Shown: in pieces, positions 37,029 through 46,942 of the stretch
How the letters are laid out: each line of letters opens with the position of its first letter
Position numbering within the stretch: position 1 is the stretch's first letter
Assembly: GCA_020633125.1 (NCBI GenBank)
Contig: JACKEH010000003.1
Location: forward strand, 27,084 to 91,083
Reading direction: 5' to 3'
Origin: Sandaracinus sp.
Lineage (GTDB): Bacteria > Myxococcota_A > Polyangia > Polyangiales > Houyiibacteriaceae
DNA length: 64,000 nt
The notes under the pieces: model-generated
What the model was told of the DNA's origin: nothing
What the model saw: only the letters and a program-made list of their open reading frames with translations
Database searches by the model: none
Program-made: the position numbers and the translations under genes

Positions 37029-38789
37029 ATGGACACGCCCCCCGAGAAGAAGCGCCGCGGCTTTCGTCGCATCACGAGCGTCGTCTCGCTCGTGAGCCCC
37101 TACGCGGGGCGCTTCGTCGCCGCGACGATCTTCCTCGTCTTCGGGAGCGGCATCGGGCTCGTCTACCCGAAGGCCGTGCAATGGGCGGTCGATCGTGGCC
37201 TCGCCGACGGCAACCTCGCGCTCCTCGATCAGGTCGCCTTCGCGCTCATCGGCGCGTTCTTGCTGCAGGCGGTCTTCACCTGGCTGCGCCACTACCACAT
37301 GAGCTGGCTCGGCGAGCGCGCCGTCACCGACCTCCGCCGCCGCGTGATCGGTCACCTCGTTCGCCTACCGCCCGAGTGGTTCCACGAGCGCCGCACCGGC
37401 GAGCTCGTCGGTCGCATCGCCGGTGACGTGACCATCCTCGAAGGCGTCGTCGGCACCGAGCTCTCGATGGCGCTGCGCAACCTCGTGCAGCTCGTCGGTG
37501 GCGTGGTCCTGCTCGCGATCACCGATCCCTGGCTGACCCTCGCGATGCTCGGCGTCGTGCCGCCGCTCTCGATCGGCATGATGCTCTTCGGCAAACGCAT
37601 TCGCGCGATGAGCAAGGGCCTGCAAGACGCAGCCGCCGACGCGAGCGGCCGCGTGCAAGAGGTCCTCGGCGCGATCACCACCGTGCAGGCCTTTCGCCGC
37701 GAAGACGCCGAGTCCGCGCGCTACGGCGAAGCGGTCGAGCACGTCTTCTCGCGCGCGCTCCGCCTCGCGCGTTGGCGCGCGACCTTCTTCGCGACCTCCT
37801 CGCTCGGCGGCTTCCTCGCCATCGGCATCGTGATCTGGCTCGGCGGCCGACGCGTCGCCGCGGGCGAGCTCTCCGGCGGCGGGCTCACCGCGTTCTTGCT
37901 CTACACGACCATCGTCGCGGTCGCGCTCGCGAGCCTCACCTCGCTCTGGGGCAGCCTTCAGCGCGCGGCCGGTGCGACCGAGCGACTTCAAGAGATCCTC
38001 GACACCGTTCCGTCGATCGCGAGCCCGGACGACACGGCGCCCTTCCCCGCCGAGCCGCGACGCATCGCCTTCGAGGGCGCGCGTTTCGCGTACCCCTCAC
38101 GCCCCGACGTCGAGGTGCTCGCGGGCATCGACCTGCAGGTGGAGCCGGGCGAGACGATCGCGCTCGTGGGCCCCAGCGGCGCCGGCAAGACGACCCTGAC
38201 CGCGCTCGTGCCACGCTTCTACGACGTGACCGCCGGTCGCGTGCGTGTGGGCGGGGTGGACGTGCGCGAGCTCGACCTCGAGCAGCTCCGCGCGTGCATC
38301 GCGATGGTGCCGCAGGATCCCGTGCTCTTCTCCGGGTCGGTCGCGGAGAACATCGCGTACGGCCGGCCGGGCGCGACCCAGGCGCAGATCGAAGACGCCG
38401 CGAGAAAGGCCAACGCCCACGCGTTCGTGAGCGCGTTCCCGGAAGGCTACGGCACGCTCTGCGGCGAGCGAGGCGTGCAGCTCTCGGGCGGGCAGCGGCA
38501 GCGCATCGCGATCGCGCGCGCGATTCTGGCCGATCCGCAGATCCTGATCCTCGACGAGGCGACCAGCAGCCTCGACGCGGAGAGCGAAGCGCTCGTTCAA
38601 GAAGCGCTCGGCACGTTGATGAAGGGCCGCACCACGCTCGTGATCGCGCACCGCCTGAGCACAGTGCGCGAAGCGGATCGCATCGTCGTGCTGCAAGACG
38701 GACGTGTGGTCGAGGTCGGCAAACACACCGAGCTGCTCTCGCACGACGGCGTCTACAAACGCCTCGTCGAGCATCAGCTCGCGGCATGA
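37029..38789 (+). CDS. ABC transporter, fused permease/ATPase (MsbA/multidrug-exporter type)
   Basis: It has 6 TM helices, Walker A (GPSGAGKTT), the ABC signature (LSGGQRQRIAIARA) and Walker B (ILILDEATSSLD). The start is ATG 37029, with GTG 36966 as an alternative. Confidence 0.9.
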   Translation: MDTPPEKKRRGFRRITSVVSLVSPYAGRFVAATIFLVFGSGIGLVYPKAVQWAVDRGLADGNLALLDQVAFALIGAFLLQAVFTWLRHYHMSWLGERAVTDLRRRVIGHLVRLPPEWFHERRTGELVGRIAGDVTILEGVVGTELSMALRNLVQLVGGVVLLAITDPWLTLAMLGVVPPLSIGMMLFGKRIRAMSKGLQDAAADASGRVQEVLGAITTVQAFRREDAESARYGEAVEHVFSRALRLARWRATFFATSSLGGFLAIGIVIWLGGRRVAAGELSGGGLTAFLLYTTIVAVALASLTSLWGSLQRAAGATERLQEILDTVPSIASPDDTAPFPAEPRRIAFEGARFAYPSRPDVEVLAGIDLQVEPGETIALVGPSGAGKTTLTALVPRFYDVTAGRVRVGGVDVRELDLEQLRACIAMVPQDPVLFSGSVAENIAYGRPGATQAQIEDAARKANAHAFVSAFPEGYGTLCGERGVQLSGGQRQRIAIARAILADPQILILDEATSSLDAESEALVQEALGTLMKGRTTLVIAHRLSTVREADRIVVLQDGRVVEVGKHTELLSHDGVYKRLVEHQLAA

Positions 38790-38878
38790 GCTGCGGACGG
38801 CGAGAAAGCCGGGGGAGCGACGACGTGCGTCCCATGCGTCGTACGCCGCTCCCGAAGCGTATCGATTCTTGAGCTCGA

Positions 38879-39016
38879 GGCGGGAGCGGGGCGTGGGCGG
38901 AGCGTCGGGAGGTCCAGCGGACCCCTCACGACCTCCGGAGTGGCCGAGCGAAGCGAGGTCCGGAGGAGGTCGCCCTGCTCGACCGGACAGAGCGGAGCCC
39001 GCGCCCCGCTCCCGCC
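38879..39016. repeat. 138-bp element bounded by a perfect 15-bp inverted repeat
   Basis: GGCGGGAGCGGGGCG (38879-38893) pairs with CGCCCCGCTCCCGCC (39002-39016). There is an inner 7-bp stem, GGAGGTC/GACCTCC. The element lies between convergent stops at 38789 and 39048. Confidence 0.7.
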
Positions 39017-39047
39017 GCCCCCTCGCCCGCACCTCGGCTCTCGGTCG

Positions 39048-40016
39048 TCAGAGCTGCGTCACGCGCGGTACGTCGCCACGCCGGTAGGTCGGCCCCACCG
39101 CGACCGAGAGCGCGGCCGGCCGCACGCGCGCGGACACGACGGGCGAAGGCTCGAGCTCTCCGTCGAGGCTGAAGGGCATCGGCGGATCGCAGCGCATCGC
39201 GAGCGACCGACCGACACGCCGCTCGAGCAGCTCGTGCTCTTCGAGCTTTCCGACGCGCAGACGTGCGGCCAGCGTGGCCAATCGTGCGGCGTTCGCGGGA
39301 CGCACCACCAAGAGGTCGAGCAGACCGTCTTCGAGGTCGGCCGTCGGCGCGACGCGCACGCCACCCCCGCACGTCGCGCCGTTCGCGATCGCGACCACCA
39401 CGGCTTCGAGCTCTTCGGGGGTGCCGTCGTCGATCTGCACGTGCACACGATGCACGGGGCTCTCCGCGTCGATCGCGGCGCGCGCGTAGGCGAACGCGCC
39501 CCACGCGGACTTCGCCTCGGAGTCGACGATGGCGCCGACCTGTGCGGCGAAACCGCCGTTCGCGACGTTCAGCACGCATCGGGTGCGGCCGTCCTCCAAC
39601 GTGAGCTCGAGGACGTCGACGCGTCGACGCTCCGCGTCCGCGAGCAGGTGGAGCGCTTCGATCGGATCGCTCGGAATGCCGAGCTGCGTCGCGAGGTCGT
39701 TCGCGGTGCCGAGCGGCAAGATGCCGAGGGTCACGTCGCCTCCGACCAGCGCGCTCGCGACCGCTGCGACCGTTCCGTCGCCGCCCGCAGCCACCACGAC
39801 GTCCGCCGCCGACGCCGCCTTCTGCGCGACGAGGGTGAGGTCGTCGCCTTCGCCGAGCGTGATCAGCTCGACACCGGGCATCGCAGCGATCGCCTCCTGC
39901 AACGCCGCGTCGTCGGGCGCACGGCTCGCGCCGGGGTTCAGCAGCAGTCGAATCCGCGGGCCCACGGGCACGGGGCGCTCGAGACGAATGCGGAGGGTCG
40001 GGGTCTTGTCGGGCAT
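39048..40016 (-). CDS. Diacylglycerol-kinase-family lipid kinase (YegS/BmrU-like)
   Basis: The start is ATG 40016, with GGAG upstream. It has the motifs VVAAGGDGTVAAV and LPLGTANDLA. Confidence 0.85.
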   Translation of the reverse strand: MPDKTPTLRIRLERPVPVGPRIRLLLNPGASRAPDDAALQEAIAAMPGVELITLGEGDDLTLVAQKAASAADVVVAAGGDGTVAAVASALVGGDVTLGILPLGTANDLATQLGIPSDPIEALHLLADAERRRVDVLELTLEDGRTRCVLNVANGGFAAQVGAIVDSEAKSAWGAFAYARAAIDAESPVHRVHVQIDDGTPEELEAVVVAIANGATCGGGVRVAPTADLEDGLLDLLVVRPANAARLATLAARLRVGKLEEHELLERRVGRSLAMRCDPPMPFSLDGELEPSPVVSARVRPAALSVAVGPTYRRGDVPRVTQL

Positions 40017-40077
40017 GGGAGGCTCCGCGGACGAGAGGTCGGCACGACACCGACGGGGACACGAGCGGTGCCCTCCG

Positions 40078-40245
40078 GTCGTTCGTTCGATGCAAGCGAG
40101 GCACGAGAAGGAACGGATCGCGGCCGACGAACGAGGCCGTCGTTCGTTCGAAGCAAGCGCGGCACGAGAAGGAACGGATCGCAGCCGAAAAGCGAAACTC
40201 GACCGTCGTCCGTTCGAAGCAAGCGCGGCACGCACGAGACGACCG
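40078..40245. repeat. Tandem repeat of about 61-66 bp, roughly 2.7 copies
   Basis: The string gtcgt(t/c)cgttcga(a/t)gcaagcg(c/a)ggcacg recurs at about 40079, 40139 and 40205. Confidence 0.8.
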
Positions 40246-40317
40246 CCGCCGACGAGCCACCGACGCGGTGGCCCGTCGACGCACGCGAAGCTCGTTCGAG
40301 CCTCGCCGGCACGGGCG

Positions 40318-41697
<1,380 letters not shown>

Positions 41698-41724
41698 GTC
41701 GTTTCCTCCAGGCCCGTGTCCCTT

Positions 41725-41740
41725 CGCGACAATCGTGCCA
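41725..41740 (-). promoter_or_regulatory. Weak sigma-54 (-24/-12) promoter candidate upstream of the bEBP gene
   Basis: The minus strand reads TGGCACGATTGTCGCG. The GG-N10-GC spacing is correct, but the -12 element is TCGC rather than TTGC. It lies about 28 nt upstream of ATG 41697. Confidence 0.3.
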
Positions 41741-41800
41741 CGCGATCGAGGCGGAAAGACTCGGGATTTTGGCGACGGCGCCGGTTCGGACCGTTGCAGG

Positions 41801-41818
41801 ATGCCACGACCGTGGCAT
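41801..41818. terminator. Perfect palindrome ATGCCACG-AC-CGTGGCAT directly after the stop at 41823
   Basis: It forms an 8-bp stem. There is no U-tract, so it could be a terminator-like hairpin or a protein-binding site. Confidence 0.3.
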
Positions 41819-41822
41819 TTTG

Positions 41823-42245
41823 CTACGCGTCACGAACGAGCCCGGCAAGGATCTGGACGAGGGCGTTCGGGGTCACCGGCTTGTCGAGCTGGAGGTCGAA
41901 ACCGGCGCTTCGACTGGCCGCGTGCTCTCTCGGGTTGGCAAACGCCGAGACGGCCACCGCGGGAAGTCGCGGCAGGTCCTGCTCGAGCTCTTGCTCGCGC
42001 AGGCGCGCGAGAAAGGTCCGGCCGTCCTCGCCCGGCATGCCGACGTCCGAGACGAGAAGATCGGGGCGGCGCTCGGCGAGCAGCTGCTCGGCCTCTCGGA
42101 CCGAGCTGGCGGTTCGCACACGGGCCCCTGCGCGCCTCAGAAGACACGCGAGGAGCCAGCGTGCGTCGGGCTCGTCGTCGACCACGACGATGTCGAGCCC
42201 TCCGAGCAGCGGCGCCGAGAAGGCGTCGGGACCGCGTGACCGCAT
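41823..42245 (-). CDS. Single-domain response regulator (REC)
   Basis: The start is ATG 42245, sharing one base with the upstream stop (TGATG). It has the motifs IVVVDDEPDARW…DLLVSDVGMPGEDG…KP. Confidence 0.8.
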   Translation of the reverse strand: MRSRGPDAFSAPLLGGLDIVVVDDEPDARWLLACLLRRAGARVRTASSVREAEQLLAERRPDLLVSDVGMPGEDGRTFLARLREQELEQDLPRLPAVAVSAFANPREHAASRSAGFDLQLDKPVTPNALVQILAGLVRDA

Positions 42246-42412
42246 CAGCTGCTCTTGGGGAGGCGGCCGAAGAAGAACGACGCGATCGCGAGAACCAGGA
42301 AACCGATGAAGAGAATCTTCGCGATCCACGCGGCCGAGCCGGCGAGCGCGCCGAAGCCGAAGAAGGCGAGAAGGAGAGCGACGACGAAGAATCCGAGTGC
42401 GTAGCGGAGCAT
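42245..42412 (-). CDS. DUF1328 (UPF0391) small membrane protein, 55 aa
   Basis: The start is ATG 42412. [43 protein letters not shown] is the typical two-helix family sequence. Confidence 0.75.
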   Translation of the reverse strand: MLRYALGFFVVALLLAFFGFGALAGSAAWIAKILFIGFLVLAIASFFFGRLPKSS

Positions 42413-42458
42413 GGTGTTTTCCTTTCGTGCGAGTCCTTGCCGCACGGAAGGCTGTCAT

Positions 42459-42474
42459 TGCAGTCGGCGTACCA
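42459..42474 (-). promoter_or_regulatory. Sigma-54 (-24/-12) promoter candidate for the DUF1328-REC operon
   Basis: The minus strand reads CTGGTACGCCGACTGCAAT, compared with the consensus TGGCACG-N4-TTGCW. It lies about 47 nt upstream of ATG 42412. A 7-bp inverted repeat (CGCGAAT-N19-ATTCGCG) with an AT-rich centre sits at 42488-42520. Confidence 0.5.
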
Positions 42475-42791
42475 GCGTCTCTCAGAGCGCGAATGCCTTT
42501 GTTTTTACGGGTGATTCGCGACACACGCGCTTCGCCGGCGATCCGCGTCGAGGGACGTTGGCGAGGCGAGCACGCTACGCGCGAGGCGACACGCCACGAC
42601 AACGGCTCCGCGTACACACGCGGACAGGAGCGCTCTTCGTCGGGGCGGTTGCCGTCGATCTCGCGCACGCTCGTGCTCGGCCTCGCCGTCGCCCGAAGGG
42701 ACGATCGACGCACGTCGCCGCGAGCTGGTCGGCGCTCGACACCCCGTCGAGCGTGATGTCGACCCGCTCTTCTCCGCGGGGTGGTCCGCGC

Positions 42792-43886
42792 TCAGCCGCG
42801 ACGAAAGCTCAGCGTCACCGCCGCGCCGCCGTTCGGTCCGTCGTTGCTCGCGGTGATCGTCGCTTCGTGGGCTTCGGCGATCGCGCGCACGATCGCGAGG
42901 CCGAGGCCGAGGCCGCCGCCGCGACGATGCGCGACCTCGCCCTTGGCGAAACGATCGAAGACTCGCCCGAGGAGCTGCGGTGGAAAGCCCGGGCCGTCGT
43001 CTTCGACGCGCAGGAAGGCGTGGTCGCCGTCGCAACGCACGCGCACGCAGACGCTCGCGTCCGACGCGTGGCGCAGGGCGTTGCCCACGAGGTTCTCCAC
43101 GACCTGCTCGAGCCGGAGCGCGTCGCCGAGGATGGGCGCGCATTCTTCGACCGAAAGGTCGAGGGTGCGCGTCGGGTGCAACGTGCGAAGGGCTTCGGTC
43201 GCCGAGCGCGCGACGGAGGCGAGGTCGACCGGCTTGCGTTCGACCGCGAGCTCGCCGCGTTCGGAGCGGGCGGCGTCGAGCAAGTCTTCGACGGTGCGCT
43301 CGAGGCGGCCGAGGCCACGCTCGAGCAAGGTCTTGGCGCGGCCTCGTTCGGCCTCGCCGAGCGAGGGCGCGGCGAGGGCGGCGATCGCGAGACGCATCGT
43401 GTGGAGCGGCGCGCGAAGCTCGTGGGAGAGCGTGGCGACGAGCTCGTCCATGGCGCGCGCGGCGGCTTCGGCCTCGGCACGCGCGACGTGCGCGATCGAG
43501 AGGTGATGTTGGGCGACCGCGAAACGCACCGCGCGCTCGAGCGAGTTCTCGTCGAACACGCCCTTGACCAGATAGTCGGCGGCCCCGGCGGTCAACGCAC
43601 GGTTGATGGTCTCTCGCTCGCTCGCGCCCGTCAGCACGATGACCGGCGCCGCGTACCCGGCGGCACGTGCGCTCGCGAGCACTTCGAAGCCGTCTTCGGC
43701 CCCGAGGCGCAGGTCGAGCAGACACGCATCGTAGGTGGGATCGACCCGCAGCTTCTCGAGCGCGGCGTCCGCGTCGGAGACCCGCTCCAAGGTCCAACCC
43801 GGGAGCTTTCGAGCCATCGCAGAGACGAGGAGGAAGTCGTCGTCGTCGTCTTCGACGAGGAGGACGTGCAACGCGCGGCTCATCAT
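42792..43886 (-). CDS. REC-HisKA-HATPase histidine kinase
   Basis: ATG 43886 overlaps the upstream stop as ATGA. It has an N-terminal REC domain (VLLVEDDDDDF…LLDLRLG), an H-box (LSHELRAPLHTM) and GGLGLGLAIVRAIAEAH. Confidence 0.85.
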   Translation of the reverse strand: MMSRALHVLLVEDDDDDFLLVSAMARKLPGWTLERVSDADAALEKLRVDPTYDACLLDLRLGAEDGFEVLASARAAGYAAPVIVLTGASERETINRALTAGAADYLVKGVFDENSLERAVRFAVAQHHLSIAHVARAEAEAAARAMDELVATLSHELRAPLHTMRLAIAALAAPSLGEAERGRAKTLLERGLGRLERTVEDLLDAARSERGELAVERKPVDLASVARSATEALRTLHPTRTLDLSVEECAPILGDALRLEQVVENLVGNALRHASDASVCVRVRCDGDHAFLRVEDDGPGFPPQLLGRVFDRFAKGEVAHRRGGGLGLGLAIVRAIAEAHEATITASNDGPNGGAAVTLSFRRG

Positions 43887-44317
43887 GACGAAGGCAGCTC
43901 CACGAACTCGATCCAATAGCGCCCGAGGGTCTTCATCAGCTCCACCAACGCATCGAAGGTGACCGGTTTGGTGATGAACGAGGCCGCGCCGAGATCGTAG
44001 CTCTTGAGCAGATCCTCTTCGGCTTTCGACGTCGTGAGCACGACGATCGGAATGCGACGAAGCGCGGGGTCGGCCTTGATCTCTTCCAACGCTTCGCGCC
44101 CGTCCTTCTTGGGCATGTTCAGGTCCAAGAGGATCAAGCCGGGGCGCGTCGCGTTCTCGTAGGGCGCCTCGCGTCGGAGGTACGCGAGCAGCTGCTCTCC
44201 GTCCTCGACACAGACGAGCTCGTTGACGACACGGCTCTTGCGAAGCGCGTCTTGGGCCAGCAGCCGATCGTCCGCGTCGTCGTCCGCCATGAGGATGGTC
44301 ATCGATCGAGTGGTCAT
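43883..44317 (-). CDS. Single-domain response regulator (REC)
   Basis: The start is ATG 44317. It has the motifs ILMADDDADDRLL…LILLDLNMPKKDG…TKP. Confidence 0.85.
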   Translation of the reverse strand: MTTRSMTILMADDDADDRLLAQDALRKSRVVNELVCVEDGEQLLAYLRREAPYENATRPGLILLDLNMPKKDGREALEEIKADPALRRIPIVVLTTSKAEEDLLKSYDLGAASFITKPVTFDALVELMKTLGRYWIEFVELPSS

Positions 44318-44405
44318 GTCGGCTCCTTCTCCGGCTTCCCTACCCTCGCTTGGCGAGCGGCGCGCCGTCCAGGGGGGCGGCTCGCAACGTCGGAAGAGCG
44401 TCTCG

Positions 44406-45842
44406 TCACTTCGGCAGCTCCACGACGAAGGTCGTGCCTCGCCCGGGCTCACTGTGCACGTCGATCGTTCCTTCGTGACGTTCCACGATTCGCCGGCAGA
44501 TGGCGAGCCCGATTCCGGTGCCTTCGTAGGTCCCGCGGCCGTGCAGCCGTTGGAACGGCCCGAAGACTTTCTCCTTGTACTTCGGATCGAAACCAATGCC
44601 GTCGTCGACGACCTCGAAACGCCAGAGGTCTTCGGCCTCTTCCACCTTCACTTCGACCGTCGTCCCTCGATCTTCGGGATGGAACTTCAACGCGTTGCCG
44701 AGCAGGTTCTGAAAGAGTTGGTGCATCTGCGACGGATCGGCGTCGAGGGTCGGCAGCGCGTCGGGAACGACGAGGCGGCCCTTCGTGTCCTCGACGCGCT
44801 GCTCGAGGTCGGCGCAGACGTCGCGCAACACCTCGTTCAGGTCGACCCGGGTGAACTCCTGGCCGTGACGGTGCACGCGGGAGAAGGTGAGGAGGTCGCT
44901 GATCAAGCGCGACATGCGTTGGGCGGCGCTCTGCATGCGCTGGAGAAAGTCGCGGCCCTCGTCGTTCAGCACGTCGGCGTGGTCGGTCGCCAGGCGATCG
45001 CCGAAGGCGCGAATCTTTCGGAGCGGCTCCTGGAGGTCGTGCGAGGCGATGAAGGCGAAGTCGTTGAGCTCGCGGTTGCTGCGTTCGAGCTCGAGCGTCA
45101 GCTCCTCGAGCTCTTCTTCGCGTTCGCGACGCTTGGCGTTCTCGACCCGAAGCTCTTCGGTGCGTTGCTCGACCTCGCGCTCGAGGCGTTCGGTGAACGT
45201 GAACGCGGCGCGACGTTCGCGCTGCGCGCGCGCCGCGAGCCAGAGCAGGAGGATCGTCGCGAAGGCCGCTTGGCCGAAGAGCGCGAGCGCGACGCGAAGC
45301 CCACCGCCTTCTTCGTCCTCGCGGGCGTCTTGGAGCGCTGCGAGCTCGTGGCCTTCGATGTCGCGTAGGCGATCCACCGCCTCGCGCATCAACGCGCGGC
45401 CTTCGCCGGTTCGAACGATCGCGAGCGCCTCGTCGTAGGAGCGCTCGTCGGCTTTGAGCACGGCGGCGAGCTCCGCCATCTTCTGTTCCGCGATCTCCCG
45501 TACCTCGGCGACCCGCGATTCCTGCAGCCGGTCCCCGCGGACGGCTTCTTCGAGCGCGTCGAGCGACTCGTCGGCGCGTGCGGCCGCCTCTTCGTAGGGA
45601 AGCCGGTATCCCTCGTCGTGCGTGAGCAGGTAGCCGCGTTGCCCGCTCTCCGCTTCGCGCAAGAGGGTTCGAACGGACTCGACCTCGGCGTGCACCGTGC
45701 GGGCCCGTTCCGCGCGCTCGATGTCGTCGATGAGCAGGGTGGTGGCCGTGTAGCCGCCCGCAGCGACGAACCAGGCAGCGGCGGCTCCCGCGACGTACGC
45801 GACGCGCGCGCCCACGGGAGTACGGGTCGGCATTCGGGTCAC
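44406..45842 (-). CDS. CHASE3-type sensor histidine kinase
   Basis: It has a TM helix, a CHASE3-like periplasmic helix bundle (…GQRGYLLT…), a second TM helix and a coiled coil. The H-box is IASHDLQEPLRKI and the HATPase box is GTGIGLAICRRIVERHEG. Confidence 0.85.
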   Translation of the reverse strand: MTRMPTRTPVGARVAYVAGAAAAWFVAAGGYTATTLLIDDIERAERARTVHAEVESVRTLLREAESGQRGYLLTHDEGYRLPYEEAAARADESLDALEEAVRGDRLQESRVAEVREIAEQKMAELAAVLKADERSYDEALAIVRTGEGRALMREAVDRLRDIEGHELAALQDAREDEEGGGLRVALALFGQAAFATILLLWLAARAQRERRAAFTFTERLEREVEQRTEELRVENAKRREREEELEELTLELERSNRELNDFAFIASHDLQEPLRKIRAFGDRLATDHADVLNDEGRDFLQRMQSAAQRMSRLISDLLTFSRVHRHGQEFTRVDLNEVLRDVCADLEQRVEDTKGRLVVPDALPTLDADPSQMHQLFQNLLGNALKFHPEDRGTTVEVKVEEAEDLWRFEVVDDGIGFDPKYKEKVFGPFQRLHGRGTYEGTGIGLAICRRIVERHEGTIDVHSEPGRGTTFVVELPK

Positions 45843-46040
45843 GCGACGCTAGCATTCCGGCGTCGCCGCGCACGGCCGCCACACGAGAGAAGGGTCACAG
45901 CGAGACGGGATGCCACGCTGCGCGTCTCGCCTTTTTCGACAGAGCGAAACGGTGATTCACGGCGCCCCTCGACGCGGACGAGGCGGCGGCTCGGGCGGTC
46001 GACGTGGACGGGCCCCTCGCTCGTCGCCCAAGATGCGCCG

Positions 46041-46400
46041 ATGGCCTTGCGGATCGTGCTCATCGACGACGACGACGACGCTCGCGAGCTGCTCGCGATG
46101 TTGCTCGGCGCGGACGGACACCAGGTCGTCGAAGAGCGTGACGGACGGGCGGGGTTGGAGCGTGTGCGACGCGACGGGCCGGACGTGGTGTTGGTGGACC
46201 TGCAGCTTCCGGAGCTCTCGGGGCTCGAGGTCGCCAAGGCGCTGCGCGAGGACGGCAGCACGACGCACTTGGTCGCGCTCACGGGGCGCGCGCAGGAATC
46301 CGATCGCGTCGCGACGGCGGAGGCCGGGTTCGACCACCACGTGACGAAGCCGGTCGACCTCGCGGCGCTTCGCGCCCATCTGCGCGAGGTGGCGTCGTGA
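46041..46400 (+). CDS. Single-domain response regulator (REC)
   Basis: The start is ATG 46041. It has the motifs IVLIDDDDDAREL…VVLVDLQLPELSG…TKP. Confidence 0.85.
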   Translation: MALRIVLIDDDDDARELLAMLLGADGHQVVEERDGRAGLERVRRDGPDVVLVDLQLPELSGLEVAKALREDGSTTHLVALTGRAQESDRVATAEAGFDHHVTKPVDLAALRAHLREVAS

Positions 46401-46936
46401 GCGACGAACGGCAGGTCACCCACCTCTCGCGCGCGGCGGCGCACGACCTTCGCGGCCGACTCAACGGGCTCGTCCTGCTCGGCGCGCTGCTCGACGACCA
46501 CACCGATCCGATGGTGCAGAAGGCGGTCGAGAAGCTGCGGCGCGCGACGACGGAGCTCACGGAGCTCGCGACCGCGCTCGAGGCGGCCGGCGAGCTCTTC
46601 GCGGGCGGCGCGGTGGCCGCGATCGAAGGCGCGACCTTCGCTTCGCTCTTGGAAGAACGCTCGAAGGGCACGTGGAAGGTGACGGGGAGCACCGACGTGC
46701 GCCTCGTGGTCGACGCGCGCGCACTGGCGGACGCGTTGAGCGCGCTCGACTCGGAGCCGCGCGAGGTCGTCTTCGGAAGCGAAGGGGACGTCGTCACGCT
46801 GCGCGTCGAAGGCGTGCGCCCGCGCCTCGGCAGCTCGCCGAGCCTTCGAGGGCTTCGGCTCGAGCTCGCCGCGGGTCGGGATGCCGAGGTCGTGATCGAC
46901 GAGAGCGGACTGACCGTCCGCGTGCCGCGCGGCTGA
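46397..46936 (+). CDS. Histidine-kinase-like protein with H-box but degenerate ATPase domain
   Basis: It is GTGA-coupled to the preceding REC gene. It has an H-box-like motif (AAAHDLRGRLN). I can see no N, G1 or G2 boxes in the C-terminal 110 aa. Confidence 0.5.
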   Translation: MSDERQVTHLSRAAAHDLRGRLNGLVLLGALLDDHTDPMVQKAVEKLRRATTELTELATALEAAGELFAGGAVAAIEGATFASLLEERSKGTWKVTGSTDVRLVVDARALADALSALDSEPREVVFGSEGDVVTLRVEGVRPRLGSSPSLRGLRLELAAGRDAEVVIDESGLTVRVPRG

Positions 46937-46942
46937 CATCGA

